Virus record (IMG/VR): IMGVR_UViG_3300017791_000207
Coordinates: 51,288 to 115,287 of that record
Length of the DNA: 64,000 bases
From: a virus
Lineage: Duplodnaviria > Caudoviricetes
Reading direction: 5' to 3' (one strand)
Both the position numbers and the translations under genes were made by a program. A model generated the notes under the pieces. It saw only the letters and a program-made list of their open reading frames with translations, made no database searches and was not told the DNA's origin. Position 1 is the first letter of the stretch; every line of letters begins with the position of its first letter. Positions 26,472-37,055 of the stretch are shown piece after piece.

Positions 26472-29081
26472 GTGGCAATTATACAATATACAAAAAATCA
26501 ACCTATTGAAGGACAAACTATTGGCTTGTATCCTGATATGTTCGTAACTGATAAAAAGAAAGTTACGGATGATTACGTCAAGACCATCATGGATTATTTC
26601 TATGATGAGGCTATTCGTCAGTTTGTTACCAATACAGATGTCTTTGCTCATAATTATCAGTTTGTAAAAGGCAAACTTCGTCCTCAGGATTTCTATGAGA
26701 ATGATTCCGTGACAGAATTTACCTTGGACTTATTAGAGGATGCTAAATTGCCTGACCATGTTCAGCAATACTCTATCTTCAATCAACCATTAAATACAAT
26801 GTGTGGTGAGGCTTCTACCCGACCTGATAATTCAAGAGTGAAAGCATTTGATGAGGATTCTCAGGCAGAAGAATTACAATACAAGACTGATTTACTTAAC
26901 CAATATATAATTCAGACTGTTCAACAAAAGATTGTTCAGAAAGCCCAACAACAAGGTGTAGATATTAGTACTGAGGAAGGCCAACAGATGATTCAAAAAC
27001 TATCTGAGGAAGAGCTTGCCGATAAACTAACTTCCTATACATCCCAAGCAGAAAAATGGGGTAATAGAATGTTGGAGAATCTTAAGATGCAGTTCAATAC
27101 CAAGGAAGAATTTGAGATGGGTTTCCGTGACCTTCTTATAGCAGGTAGAGAATATTACCATATTTATGAGGATAGGTCTAAGTTTGGATTCAGATTTGAA
27201 TCTGTAAATCCTCGCAATATTTGGAAGAAGATGTCCCCTAACAAAAAGTATTCTCGTGATGCATATGCCGCAGGTATAATTGACATCATGGAAATATCTG
27301 AAATCATTGAAAAATTCTCACTTACCAAAAAAGAAATTGACCATCTCCGTGATTTAACCAATGAAAACTATCTATTAAGAGGTAAAGAATCAACTTTATT
27401 TAATGGTAAAGTTGGTATAGATTCCATTGCTTACAATACCTACTACTCAGGCAAAAGAGAAGCCCTACTTGAGAATGAACCTGTACTATTCAATAATCCA
27501 CTCGAATTGAATATGCAGAAACTATCTTCTCTTGGAATGATAGGTCAATCTTTTGTAGTTCTCCGTTCTTATTGGTTATCTAAAAAGAAAGTTGGTAAGT
27601 TAACTTACATTGATGAGGAAGGTGAAGAACAGATTACCTTGGTTGATGAGAATTATACATCAGGTGCTCATCCTGGACAAGTAGAAGGTGGCCTTGAGTG
27701 GGGTTGGGAAAATCAATGGTGGACAGGTTATAAAATCGGACCTGATATTTACTATACCGAACCATTAAAGATTCTTGATTATTGTCCTATCATAGGTGTT
27801 GATTTTGAGAATCGTAACTCAGATATTAAATCCCTGATTGACCTATTAAAGCCTTATCAAATCCTATTCAATATAATGATGAATCAGGTATTTGAGATTG
27901 CTCAGAAGGATCTAGGTATGCAATATCTGATGAATTGGCGTAAAATTCCAGGAGCAAAAGATGGTGAGTTAGAAGATGCCTTGGATAACCTAGTATTTAC
28001 AGCCAAGGAACTTGGTATTACTTTCGAGGATGATTCTCCTGAAAATATGAAGGCTCCTACGGCAAATCAATCTCAAACAAGGGTATTAGACCTTTCAAGA
28101 GTCAATGAGATGCAAGGTAGATTAAATATGTGTCTTCAGATTCAACAGTTTGCCAATAGTTTAGTTGGTATGAATAATGAACGCCTTGGTGGTATTGCAG
28201 CTACACAGACTTTAGGTGGTACACAAGCAGCTCTTGCAGCTTCTTATTCACAAACTCAGAATTGGTTTGTACAACATGAGTATATACAAAACCAAGTTTA
28301 TCAAGCACTCTTAGATGCTGCTCAATTTACAGAATCACAAAAACCAACTTCTACCATATCCTTTGTATCAGGTACAGGAGAACACGCATTCATACAAGTA
28401 AATGGTTCAGATTTAAAACTTCCTGACCTAAGAGTATTTGTAACCTCTCGTGAGAAAGACCAAAAAATCTTTAATGATATGAAGCAATTCTTACAACCCT
28501 TCCTTCAAAACGGAGGTAGTATGTATGATGCTGCTCAATTTCTTATTAATGATTCAGTTCGTGATATGCAGGAAACGCTTAAGAAACAGAAAATTCGCAA
28601 GGAACAGCTGGAAGATCAACAACTACAAAATCAACAAGCACAGATTCAATCTCAACAACAGATTGCTCAAGCACAATTAGAAGCTCAACAAAGAAGAGAA
28701 GAAGCTGATCGTCAATTGAAAATTTATCTACAACAACTTGAAAATGAATCTCGTGAAAAAGTAGCTGCTATCAATACTTATTCTCGTCAGGATAATGCTG
28801 CAGATAATAACCAAAATGGTACTCCTGATGTATTAGAGTTACTTCAAGATCAAAGAGAATCCTTAGCATTAGGTCAGAACTATCAGATGCAACAAGCAAA
28901 ACTTGCAAATGAAGCTCAGAAAAATCAACAGAAATCTGCAACTGATGCTAAACGACTTGAACTCGACAATAAAAAAGTCAATCAAGACTATGAATTGAAG
29001 AAAGAAGAACTTGCAGTTAAACAAAAACAGATTGATGCCCAAGTTAAAATAGCAAAAACTAACAGAAATTCTTATGATTAA
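26472..29081 (+). CDS. Portal protein (crAss-like)
   Basis: 869 aa after terL; FRDLLIAGREYY, SLIDLLKPYQILFNI, long Q-rich coiled-coil C-terminus. Confidence 0.85.
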   Translation: MAIIQYTKNQPIEGQTIGLYPDMFVTDKKKVTDDYVKTIMDYFYDEAIRQFVTNTDVFAHNYQFVKGKLRPQDFYENDSVTEFTLDLLEDAKLPDHVQQYSIFNQPLNTMCGEASTRPDNSRVKAFDEDSQAEELQYKTDLLNQYIIQTVQQKIVQKAQQQGVDISTEEGQQMIQKLSEEELADKLTSYTSQAEKWGNRMLENLKMQFNTKEEFEMGFRDLLIAGREYYHIYEDRSKFGFRFESVNPRNIWKKMSPNKKYSRDAYAAGIIDIMEISEIIEKFSLTKKEIDHLRDLTNENYLLRGKESTLFNGKVGIDSIAYNTYYSGKREALLENEPVLFNNPLELNMQKLSSLGMIGQSFVVLRSYWLSKKKVGKLTYIDEEGEEQITLVDENYTSGAHPGQVEGGLEWGWENQWWTGYKIGPDIYYTEPLKILDYCPIIGVDFENRNSDIKSLIDLLKPYQILFNIMMNQVFEIAQKDLGMQYLMNWRKIPGAKDGELEDALDNLVFTAKELGITFEDDSPENMKAPTANQSQTRVLDLSRVNEMQGRLNMCLQIQQFANSLVGMNNERLGGIAATQTLGGTQAALAASYSQTQNWFVQHEYIQNQVYQALLDAAQFTESQKPTSTISFVSGTGEHAFIQVNGSDLKLPDLRVFVTSREKDQKIFNDMKQFLQPFLQNGGSMYDAAQFLINDSVRDMQETLKKQKIRKEQLEDQQLQNQQAQIQSQQQIAQAQLEAQQRREEADRQLKIYLQQLENESREKVAAINTYSRQDNAADNNQNGTPDVLELLQDQRESLALGQNYQMQQAKLANEAQKNQQKSATDAKRLELDNKKVNQDYELKKEELAVKQKQIDAQVKIAKTNRNSYD

Positions 29082-29143
29082 TAATTTTTCAAGCGGATTT
29101 GAATCCTATTATGCTATATATCTGCGGAAAACTTTCTTAAAAC

Positions 29144-29174
29144 TTTGTTAATCAATTTACTTAACATATCTTTG
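29144..29174 (+). promoter_or_regulatory. Bacteroidota-type promoter for capsid genes
   Basis: TTTG-N19-TATCTTTG. Confidence 0.65.
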
Positions 29175-29223
29175 CATTACAATTTCGAGGTTTAAACTAC
29201 CTTAAAATCAATCAACTACAATA

Positions 29224-30399
29224 ATGGAATTTAATAATGAAGAAAACAGCTTTGGTATTCAAAGCGTAGAATCTATCGGTACTCCACAACTCTTTAGTTC
29301 ATCTCCCGATGATGTGGAACCAATCACAGAAGAGGGTACAACTATCCCTAAAGCAGAAGAAGGGTTTGACCTTGGTACAGGTACTCCACAATTATTTGCT
29401 GAGGCAGAAGTGGAAGAACCAAAAACGACTCCTGCTGCTCCAACACAAGAGACCACAGAGCAATCTTCGACCGAAACAACTGAAGAGAATCCTGAGGAAA
29501 CTAATACAGAAGAAGTTGTTGAAACAAATAATATACCAATCTTCTATAAGACACTCTTAGAACAAGGTTTAGTATCTGAATTGGCAGATGGAGAAGTTGA
29601 ACCTGAGAATCCTGAGGATTTACTAAGAAAGTTTCAGGAACAAGGTCAGTTGATTGCCAATGATACCATTAATACTATCTTAGGTAAATTTGGTCAGGAT
29701 AGAATTGATTTCTTCAATGCTGTATTTGTTAATGGTGTTAATCCTAAAGATTACTTTACAGTAGAACAACAATTAAATTCCGTTAAGGGTATTGATTTAG
29801 GAACAGTTGAAAATCAAGAACAGGTTATTGCACAATATTATAAAGGTATTGGTTGGTCCAATGAAAAGATCAAAAAACACCTTAAAAGACTTGATGAAGA
29901 TGGTGATACAGAATCAGAAGCCACAGATGCATACAATAACCTTGTACAAGTAGAAGAAGAAAAACTTCGTCAGGTAGTTGCTCAACAAGCACAACAAGCC
30001 CATCTAAAACAACAGGAAGAAGCCTTCTACCGTCAACAAATAGGTAATATCCTAACAGATAAACTAAAAAATAAAGAGTTCGATGGTATTCCAGTTACAG
30101 ATAAAGTAGCTCGTCAAACAAATGAATTCCTCACAGTTTATAAATGGCAGTTACCTTCGGGTGAACAACTTACAGATTTTGATAAATGGTTGATGGATCT
30201 TAAACGTCCTGAAAACTATGAAGAAAGAGCGAAGGTTGCACTTATGAAAGGTATTGGTTGGGACTTTGAAAAGATTAAAAAGAAAGCAATTTCTAAAGAA
30301 TCCAACAAACTTTTCGAAGGTCTTGTACAAAAAGAAAAAACGACAAATAACAGGTCTAATACACAAACACAGCCTAACTTCACAGGCTTTAAACTCTAA
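29224..30399 (+). CDS. Scaffold-like protein upstream of the major capsid gene
   Basis: Acidic disordered N-terminus plus helical C-terminus; between portal and MCP. Confidence 0.6.
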   Translation: MEFNNEENSFGIQSVESIGTPQLFSSSPDDVEPITEEGTTIPKAEEGFDLGTGTPQLFAEAEVEEPKTTPAAPTQETTEQSSTETTEENPEETNTEEVVETNNIPIFYKTLLEQGLVSELADGEVEPENPEDLLRKFQEQGQLIANDTINTILGKFGQDRIDFFNAVFVNGVNPKDYFTVEQQLNSVKGIDLGTVENQEQVIAQYYKGIGWSNEKIKKHLKRLDEDGDTESEATDAYNNLVQVEEEKLRQVVAQQAQQAHLKQQEEAFYRQQIGNILTDKLKNKEFDGIPVTDKVARQTNEFLTVYKWQLPSGEQLTDFDKWLMDLKRPENYEERAKVALMKGIGWDFEKIKKKAISKESNKLFEGLVQKEKTTNNRSNTQTQPNFTGFKL

Positions 30400-30411
30400 T
30401 CTTAAATTAAA

Positions 30412-31971
30412 ATGGCATTAACAAAAGTTCCTGGTCAAGTAGGCTATAAAGCGTATAAGTTCTCCTCTATGGATGGTCGAGCTAAAGGCAAACTGACCGA
30501 TGCAAACCACATGCACGCACTCACCGACCAAGGTGGCCCTACTAACTACGACCGTGGGATTATTGATATCTATACACAGACTTCTCAGGTAGCTGATGAT
30601 TTCACACAGATGATCAATAAATCAACACCATTTGAAATTGTTGGTAATGACTTTCAATGGGAGATTCGTGCTCCGTATGAATTCGTCCAATGTATCGAAA
30701 TTCCAGATGCAACATTAAATAATCCTACACCAGGTATTGATGGTACTACTTTTGAAATTGCATTTGATCGTGCATATTTCCAAAAGAATGACATTATCAC
30801 TGCTGATATGGATTACGGTGATAAGTTGTATGTAACTGAAGACCCAACTCCTTATAATAAGGGTTACCTATACACAGTTAAATTAGTTGGTGTATATGTA
30901 AACAAGAATTCTTCTGCAAACTTCCGTTGGTTAGCTCCAGGTGTTCAGTATGATAAAGTTGATAATAATATTGGTGAATTTGACCAAGATTTATCAGGTT
31001 TGGATAATGAACCAAGCACCATTAAAATGTTTGATTCAGTGTCAGCAGGTTTTGGTGTTGAACATACAATCACAGGATGGGCTGATGATTTGACTCCAAT
31101 GGATACTACTCGTGATAGCTATGGTAATGTAGAAGACCTTATGTTATATGAGAAATATGAACGTAATGCTCAAGGTACTTGGGTTTATGCAGGTACTCGT
31201 TGGGAACCAATCATCGAACGTAAGATGAAATTGGAGATGCTGAAAATTCGTAAGAATCGTATGCTTTGGGGTGCAGGTGGCGAGATCAATACACAAGGTC
31301 AAAAACACCAACCTAAAAAAGTTACAGAAGGTATCGTAAGTAAAATGCGTAACAACGGTAACTACTTCCAATATCAACGCGGTGATTTTAATTTTAACTT
31401 CCTTCGTGAAATCTTTGGTGATTTATTCTATCGTCGTGTAGACATGGCTAATCGTCGTGTTAAATTATACACCAATGAAGCAGGTATGCGTATTTTCCGT
31501 AATGCTGCCAAAGAAGATTTGATGAATTCAGGTATTACCATTATTGGTGATGAACGCTTCATCCAAGGTACAGGTCAAAATATGACTGTTAACTATGGTT
31601 TTGATTCTATCGTTACCATGGAAACAGGTCGTATTGAAGTATCTCACTTGAAAGAATTGGATTTACCACAATTGAATTCTCAGTTTGGTCAAAATAAAAT
31701 GTCAACACCTAAATTCATGGTATTTGATGTTTCTAATTCTGAGGGTGGTTTGATTAACAACATTCGTGAAGTTCGTCAGAAAAACCGTCCGAATAACATG
31801 ACTTGGGGTTATATTGATGGCCGTCGTCATCACCTTGGTGCCTTTGCTTCACAAGGCCATACAGCATCAAGTAAAGTAGATGGTTACACTATATTCATGG
31901 AAGATAAATCAGACATCTTTATCGAAGATTTGTCTCGTACAGTTCTTATTGAAGAAGTACCATTATACTAA
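30412..31971 (+). CDS. Major capsid protein (crAss-like HK97 fold)
   Basis: 519 aa; biased codon use (cgt, ggt); LTDANH, LYTNEAG, SHLKELD; gene order. Confidence 0.85.
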   Translation: MALTKVPGQVGYKAYKFSSMDGRAKGKLTDANHMHALTDQGGPTNYDRGIIDIYTQTSQVADDFTQMINKSTPFEIVGNDFQWEIRAPYEFVQCIEIPDATLNNPTPGIDGTTFEIAFDRAYFQKNDIITADMDYGDKLYVTEDPTPYNKGYLYTVKLVGVYVNKNSSANFRWLAPGVQYDKVDNNIGEFDQDLSGLDNEPSTIKMFDSVSAGFGVEHTITGWADDLTPMDTTRDSYGNVEDLMLYEKYERNAQGTWVYAGTRWEPIIERKMKLEMLKIRKNRMLWGAGGEINTQGQKHQPKKVTEGIVSKMRNNGNYFQYQRGDFNFNFLREIFGDLFYRRVDMANRRVKLYTNEAGMRIFRNAAKEDLMNSGITIIGDERFIQGTGQNMTVNYGFDSIVTMETGRIEVSHLKELDLPQLNSQFGQNKMSTPKFMVFDVSNSEGGLINNIREVRQKNRPNNMTWGYIDGRRHHLGAFASQGHTASSKVDGYTIFMEDKSDIFIEDLSRTVLIEEVPLY

Positions 31972-31986
31972 TACAAAGTAAATAAA

Positions 31987-32014
31987 AAGGAGGGAGAGTA
32001 AAATCTCCTTCCTT
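31987..32014 (+). terminator. Stem-loop after MCP (terminator or processing site; weak U-tract)
   Basis: AAGGAGGGAGA-gtaaaa-TCTCCTTCCTT. Confidence 0.5.
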
Positions 32015-32018
32015 AAAT

Positions 32019-32119
32019 ATAGGAGTGGTGAAATTGGTAGCCATGCTCTGAAATAATGAGTAAATAGGAATAAGCGCGGAAATACTATTTAACTACAGGT
32101 TCGAGTCCTGTCTTCTATA
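32019..32119 (+). ncRNA. Aberrant tRNA-like RNA (no canonical anticodon loop; ~33-nt variable region)
   Basis: Acceptor ATAGGAG/CTTCTAT, D-arm TGGTGAAATTGGTAG, T-arm ACAGG-TTCGAGT-CCTGT. Confidence 0.7.
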
Positions 32120-32149
32120 CTGATTTAAATAAACAATACAACTACAAAT

Positions 32150-33112
32150 ATGGATACCAAAATAGGTAAAATCTCCTCTGTAAGAAGAGTAGTAGATTCA
32201 AGTATTCCCTCATTGGCAAAAAGTCTTTCTGATCGTGGACTTAACCGACAAGAAGGAACCTTTAGATTAATCGGACCTTATAAAGAAAAAGGTGGATTAT
32301 ATAGAACAGGACTTGATGAAAATGCAGTTTATATCAGGGAAATGGAATTAACAAATCCCGAAGAAGCCAAACAAGAAAGAATATTGGTCAAGAGTTTTAA
32401 AGAAAAAGCTCAAAGAATGCTTGCAAATGTAAGTCTTGAACCTGATTCTAAGTTTTATTCTGATATGACTAAGCGTTGGGGACATGATGATGTCTGTCAA
32501 TTTGCTAAGATGCGTGATGGAGATAACCTGTATATGTTGGAAGATCCATATCAATTAGTAGTATATGCTTATTTAAGAGTGCATCCTAAGATTGCTCCAT
32601 CAGGTGAAGCCTTAGGTTCAGGTAAATATACTGATGCCGAATATTATGTAAACGATGGTGATATTGAAACCAAACGTGCATTCAACAAGAAAAACCAAAT
32701 ATTTAAGGCAATTGCTGTATTGGATGGTATGTCCGATGATAAAAAATTAGTAGTTGCCCGTCAATGTGGTTTACCTGTTAAAGAACATTCATCCAAAGAA
32801 GAAGTATTTAACCTGTTGGCAGATTATATTGATGCAAGTAAAATTGCTAAGACTCAGGATAATGTTGTTACATTCATGAAGTTTGCCGATATGAAAGAAG
32901 ATTTACTTGATATCCGTAACACAGTAGACCTTGCAATTTCACACAATGTAATCCGTAAAAGCAAAGAAGGTTATTATAACGGTGATCAATCAATAGGTCG
33001 TACAAAACCTGATGTTATCAACTATTATACAGATATTAATAACCAAGGTGATTTACTCGCCATCAAAGAAAGTATCAAATTAAAAAAGATTGCAAAATCG
33101 CGTGTAGCATAA
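32150..33112 (+). CDS. Conserved crAss-like capsid-module protein
   Basis: YRTGLDE...LEPDSKFY...HPKIAPS; follows MCP. Confidence 0.6.
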   Translation: MDTKIGKISSVRRVVDSSIPSLAKSLSDRGLNRQEGTFRLIGPYKEKGGLYRTGLDENAVYIREMELTNPEEAKQERILVKSFKEKAQRMLANVSLEPDSKFYSDMTKRWGHDDVCQFAKMRDGDNLYMLEDPYQLVVYAYLRVHPKIAPSGEALGSGKYTDAEYYVNDGDIETKRAFNKKNQIFKAIAVLDGMSDDKKLVVARQCGLPVKEHSSKEEVFNLLADYIDASKIAKTQDNVVTFMKFADMKEDLLDIRNTVDLAISHNVIRKSKEGYYNGDQSIGRTKPDVINYYTDINNQGDLLAIKESIKLKKIAKSRVA

Positions 33113-33116
33113 ACCT

Positions 33117-33827
33117 ATGATCCCAATTACGAAGTTACTATATCAAATAGATTTAAACTTAAATAAGGTAGCTTCTGATCAGAATCAGTTTATCGCAGAT
33201 GAGGATAAAATCTTGGCCTTAAATAGATCTCAATTAAAGCTTATCAAAAGTAAGATTGAGGGAAATAAAATAGGTCTTGGATTTGATGCATTCCGTACCC
33301 GATACGAAGAACTACAAGATTTAATTGTCCAATACGAAGAAGTATCTCCTACTAAAACCAGTGAGGTACTTCCTTCATATCAAATAGACTTGAATAGCCT
33401 GAAGAATAAGTATTATCAACCTGTGGATATTATAGCCCTTGCTGATAAAGGTAATTGTAAAAATCGTCAGATATTTGTTACACGAATAGTAAAACATTCG
33501 GATCTTACAACACTGATGAATAACTCAAATTACAATCCAAACTTCATATACCAGGAAAGTCTTGCTGTTATATCAAGTAATAAATTGATTGTTTATTCAG
33601 GAGATTTCACCATTAATAAGATTCTGTTATCCTATTTGAGATTTCCTAAAGAGATGGATATCGAAGGCTACATTCACTTAGATGGGACAGAATCTACAAA
33701 TCAGGATTGTGAACTTACTGAAGAATTAGAAGACGAATTACTCAACCTGACAATTATAGAATTGGGTTTTGATATTTCAGATAATAATACAGCACAAGCT
33801 GCACAAGTAAAACAAAATTTACCTTAA
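33117..33827 (+). CDS. Head-tail ring/adaptor protein
   Basis: LNKVAS...ALNRSQ...GFD...EELQDLI...YLRFP...CEL. Confidence 0.6.
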   Translation: MIPITKLLYQIDLNLNKVASDQNQFIADEDKILALNRSQLKLIKSKIEGNKIGLGFDAFRTRYEELQDLIVQYEEVSPTKTSEVLPSYQIDLNSLKNKYYQPVDIIALADKGNCKNRQIFVTRIVKHSDLTTLMNNSNYNPNFIYQESLAVISSNKLIVYSGDFTINKILLSYLRFPKEMDIEGYIHLDGTESTNQDCELTEELEDELLNLTIIELGFDISDNNTAQAAQVKQNLP

Positions 33828-33909
33828 ATAATTAAATTTTTCACTAACAAGAAAGCTGTTATGCTTTGGTAACACGCCTGAAATAAGGTCTCATACAAAG
33901 TTTTAAACC

Positions 33910-35028
33910 ATGGATTTTTCAATTCCTTTAGTAATCATTGCACCTGACAACAATGTCACACCAACAACAGGTACAACCGCAACATTGACTCCAAGTCAAG
34001 TAGGTGTATTCTTACCATCAGGCGCACCCGCTACAGCAGGTAACGCCGCTGCTGCGAGATATATTTTCTTAGCACAAGGTCAACCAAACAATGAAATTTC
34101 TTTGAAATCAGATAAGATTTTTAAAGATAAAATCATTCGCATGACTAAAATCGTAGCTGAAGATACAGCAGCTACCGAAGTTTGGCAAAGTTCTATTTTC
34201 TCTGTACATTGTGGAGAGCATATAAATGTATCATTCCGTCTTTTCTCAAATTACATCAACACCTCTTATTACAATGGATTAACAGCTACAGTTTGGGCTG
34301 ATGCACCTTGTTGTGATTGTGATGCTGATCCTTGCGCTTTAATTTCTGCTGCCGATACTCAGGCTTTGGTTGATGCATTAGTAGCCAAAATTAACGATCC
34401 AAAAGCTAAATGGTTTAACTTCTTGAGTGCAGTTCGTTTTGGCACAGGTGCTAACTCTCGTATTCAAATTGGTACAAAACCTATTACTCAACAAGGTAAT
34501 TCATGTGATCTTCGCGCAAATCCTTACGAGTATGATATGGTTCGTATTCAAAATCTTTGGGCTTACAAAAATGTACCAACCACACAAGATCATCAATTAT
34601 ATGGTGAACAAGATTGCGAGGTAGTTGCAACCTTTGCCAAAACTCAGAATGCAACTTTTGAAAGAGGTTCTTGGCAACAAGTTCAACAAGTTGAAAAGGA
34701 AAACATCTCTTATCGCGAATCTAATTTCAACACACTTTATTGCAATCCTAACTTTAATGGTTGGTTTACATCAGAAGTAGTAGTTGGTTTGTACTATGAT
34801 GAATACTTGATTAAATTCTATTGTTCTGATGTTCAAACTCATGCTTCATATGTTAAGCAAGATGAAACAGTAAGAATCTTTATTCCTACTGGTGATGGTG
34901 CGACATTTGAGACTATCATGGAGACTTTCGCAGGCATTCCTTTTGATGAAGTTGGTTCTACAAATATTTCTACAACATCCAGTTCAAGCACTAGTACAAC
35001 TACCAGTACATCGACTACAACGCCTTAG
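33910..35028 (+). CDS. Auxiliary/minor capsid protein with Cys cluster and Ser/Thr tail
   Basis: Highly expressed codon bias, strong terminator after; PCCDCDADPC; C-terminal STTSSSSTSTTTSTSTTTP. Confidence 0.55.
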   Translation: MDFSIPLVIIAPDNNVTPTTGTTATLTPSQVGVFLPSGAPATAGNAAAARYIFLAQGQPNNEISLKSDKIFKDKIIRMTKIVAEDTAATEVWQSSIFSVHCGEHINVSFRLFSNYINTSYYNGLTATVWADAPCCDCDADPCALISAADTQALVDALVAKINDPKAKWFNFLSAVRFGTGANSRIQIGTKPITQQGNSCDLRANPYEYDMVRIQNLWAYKNVPTTQDHQLYGEQDCEVVATFAKTQNATFERGSWQQVQQVEKENISYRESNFNTLYCNPNFNGWFTSEVVVGLYYDEYLIKFYCSDVQTHASYVKQDETVRIFIPTGDGATFETIMETFAGIPFDEVGSTNISTTSSSSTSTTTSTSTTTP

Positions 35029-35054
35029 TAATCAATTAGTTATATAACCTTAGT

Positions 35055-35086
35055 AAGGGATTGGGAGTAATCTCAGTCCCTTTTTT
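35055..35086 (+). terminator. Rho-independent terminator
   Basis: AAGGGATTGGGA-gtaa-TCTCAGTCCC followed by T6. Confidence 0.85.
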
Positions 35087-35107
35087 ATTACCATTAAAAT
35101 TAAAGTT

Positions 35108-35692
35108 ATGGAATTACCTGAAGTAATAATCCGAAACAGAATAGATTACACCAAATCTAAAATAAAGTTTACAGATAAACAGAGAGAAGGTGTTGAAGAC
35201 CTTGTATGGGAGGCTGTTAGACAAGGTATAACGATTAAGGAGCAGATTGCTTACATTTTGGCTACTGCTTGGCATGAAACGGCTCAAACCATGCAACCTA
35301 TTTCTGAGTATGGTTCAGACAAGTATCTATCTAAATATGATACAGGTAAGCTAGCTAAAGACCTTGGTAATAGTCCTGGTGCAGATGGAGACGGTATCCT
35401 TTACAAGGGAAGAGGCTATGTCATGATTACGGGGAAATCTAACTATGATAAGTTTAGTAAGATACTTGATATAGACCTTGTAAAGAATCCAGAAAAAGCA
35501 AAAGAGCCACAGATAGCAGCTCAAATTGCAGTTTATGGAATGATTCATGGATCTTTCACCACCAAGAAATTATCTGATTACATAACCTCAACTAAGGTAG
35601 ATTATCTTAATGCAAGGCGCGTGATTAATGGTCAGGATAAAGCTGTAACCATTCAAGGTTATGCACAAGAGTTTAATAAAATTCTATTGTAA
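35108..35692 (+). CDS. Endolysin, GH19 chitinase/lysozyme-like
   Basis: AYILATAWHET...EYG...YKGRGYVMITGKSNY...ARRVING. Confidence 0.85.
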   Translation: MELPEVIIRNRIDYTKSKIKFTDKQREGVEDLVWEAVRQGITIKEQIAYILATAWHETAQTMQPISEYGSDKYLSKYDTGKLAKDLGNSPGADGDGILYKGRGYVMITGKSNYDKFSKILDIDLVKNPEKAKEPQIAAQIAVYGMIHGSFTTKKLSDYITSTKVDYLNARRVINGQDKAVTIQGYAQEFNKILL

Positions 35693-35893
35693 TTTTACAG
35701 TAACCTTGAAGTCGTCATAATCAAATGAGAAATTAGGATTGTTGATAATTAATTTTTTGTTTACAATCTTACCTAATGCCTGAATTATATTTTTAATAAC
35801 TTCACCATAGGTTTCAGGATTTTCTATTAATTCTTGCAGATGATCATCATTAAATATATCTACAGGTAATACTACTTTCTGTTCTTGTTGCAT
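35684..35893 (-). CDS. Small hypothetical protein on the opposite strand
   Basis: 69-aa ORF; TACTTTTG element upstream at 35912-35919. Confidence 0.5.
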   Translation of the reverse strand: MQQEQKVVLPVDIFNDDHLQELIENPETYGEVIKNIIQALGKIVNKKLIINNPNFSFDYDDFKVTVKLQ

Positions 35894-35961
35894 ATTCTAT
35901 TATTTATATTACAAAAGTAAGCAGATATTCCAAAATAAAAAAGTTAAATCTTTGAATTAAA

Positions 35962-35993
35962 TTTGGTAGATTCATTTTTTCAACTTATCTTTG
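35962..35993 (+). promoter_or_regulatory. Bacteroidota-type promoter
   Basis: TTTG-N20-TATCTTTG. Confidence 0.65.
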
Positions 35994-36119
35994 CATTAAC
36001 ATCTTAAAATCCAAGTATATGGATGAAGAATTGACTGAAGAACAAGTGGAAGAGAAAGTAAGATATTATAAATGGTTACTTTTTCATGATAATATAATTA
36101 AAGAACTAGAATTAGGAAA

Positions 36120-36974
36120 TTGAATCTAACAGCACAGGAGAAATACAAATTGTTGAGTTGGGCTTACCTCGTAAAAGGGGCAAGGTCTAATTCTGTATTG
36201 TATTTTAATGAAAGTCCTGAGTTGTTTATCAAACGTAATGGTTTAACCATTTCTAATGCTACATTCCGTAAATACCTTAATATAGCTAAATCACTTGGTT
36301 TAGTTAATAGTTATGGTAAACACCTTCAATTAAAAGGTTGGGAATTCTTTATTGAAGTTCTCGGTCTTGAAACAATTAAATATTTTAATCAGATTATTAA
36401 TCGTCAGGATATAACCAAAATCAAATCTTTTAAAGAAATGACTGATTGGGTTATTTTGGCTTATGTAGTATCTGGTAAACTTTGGAAGCAAGATGCAACC
36501 ATTGTAAAGAAAGCAGGATTTAGAAAAGTTGCCAAAAGTATTATTGGTAGCGACAACAACAAAAGCTATTGCAATTCCACCGATATTAGAAGATTTATGA
36601 AAACAAATCCTCAGTACGGTTTAATTTCAACAGATACATACGCACGAAACGTGTTGTCGGACAAGAATTATAATTCTAATATTGTAACAGGTTCTCATTC
36701 CCTTGCTGAATTTACAGGTCTATCACAAAAAACCTGTAATAACCTTTTGAATAAAGCTGTTAAGAAAGGTCTTATACTTAGGAGTATAGTAAGAAAATAC
36801 CATTCTTTTGGTGTTGATGCATACTCTACATTCGATGCTTTAAAAGCAGGGGGTAATTTGGTTTATGCTTCTTCTAAATCTAAGAACTTTGTTCAAGTTT
36901 TAGGTTCTGAAATAGTGCTAAGTAGCAAATTAACTCTTAGAGGTTCTAATGTATTTTGGACAGTGATAAAGTAA
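36120..36974 (+). CDS. Basic protein with two wHTH-like motifs (Rep-like or regulator)
   Basis: ISNATFRKYLNIAKSLGLV and LAEFTGLSQKTCNNLLNKAVKKGLI. Confidence 0.55.
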   Translation: MNLTAQEKYKLLSWAYLVKGARSNSVLYFNESPELFIKRNGLTISNATFRKYLNIAKSLGLVNSYGKHLQLKGWEFFIEVLGLETIKYFNQIINRQDITKIKSFKEMTDWVILAYVVSGKLWKQDATIVKKAGFRKVAKSIIGSDNNKSYCNSTDIRRFMKTNPQYGLISTDTYARNVLSDKNYNSNIVTGSHSLAEFTGLSQKTCNNLLNKAVKKGLILRSIVRKYHSFGVDAYSTFDALKAGGNLVYASSKSKNFVQVLGSEIVLSSKLTLRGSNVFWTVIK

Positions 36975-37055
36975 AGAGCTATATGCAATAGTATGAGCTT
37001 AATTTAAAATTAACTCCATAAAAAATCACAACCTCCCAATAAGAGGTTTTTCGTT

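Noticed and set aside
32019-32119. tRNA-Sec, tmRNA or intron-containing tRNA
   Set aside because: No TCA anticodon, too short for tmRNA with no tag frame, and no self-splicing intron-sized insert
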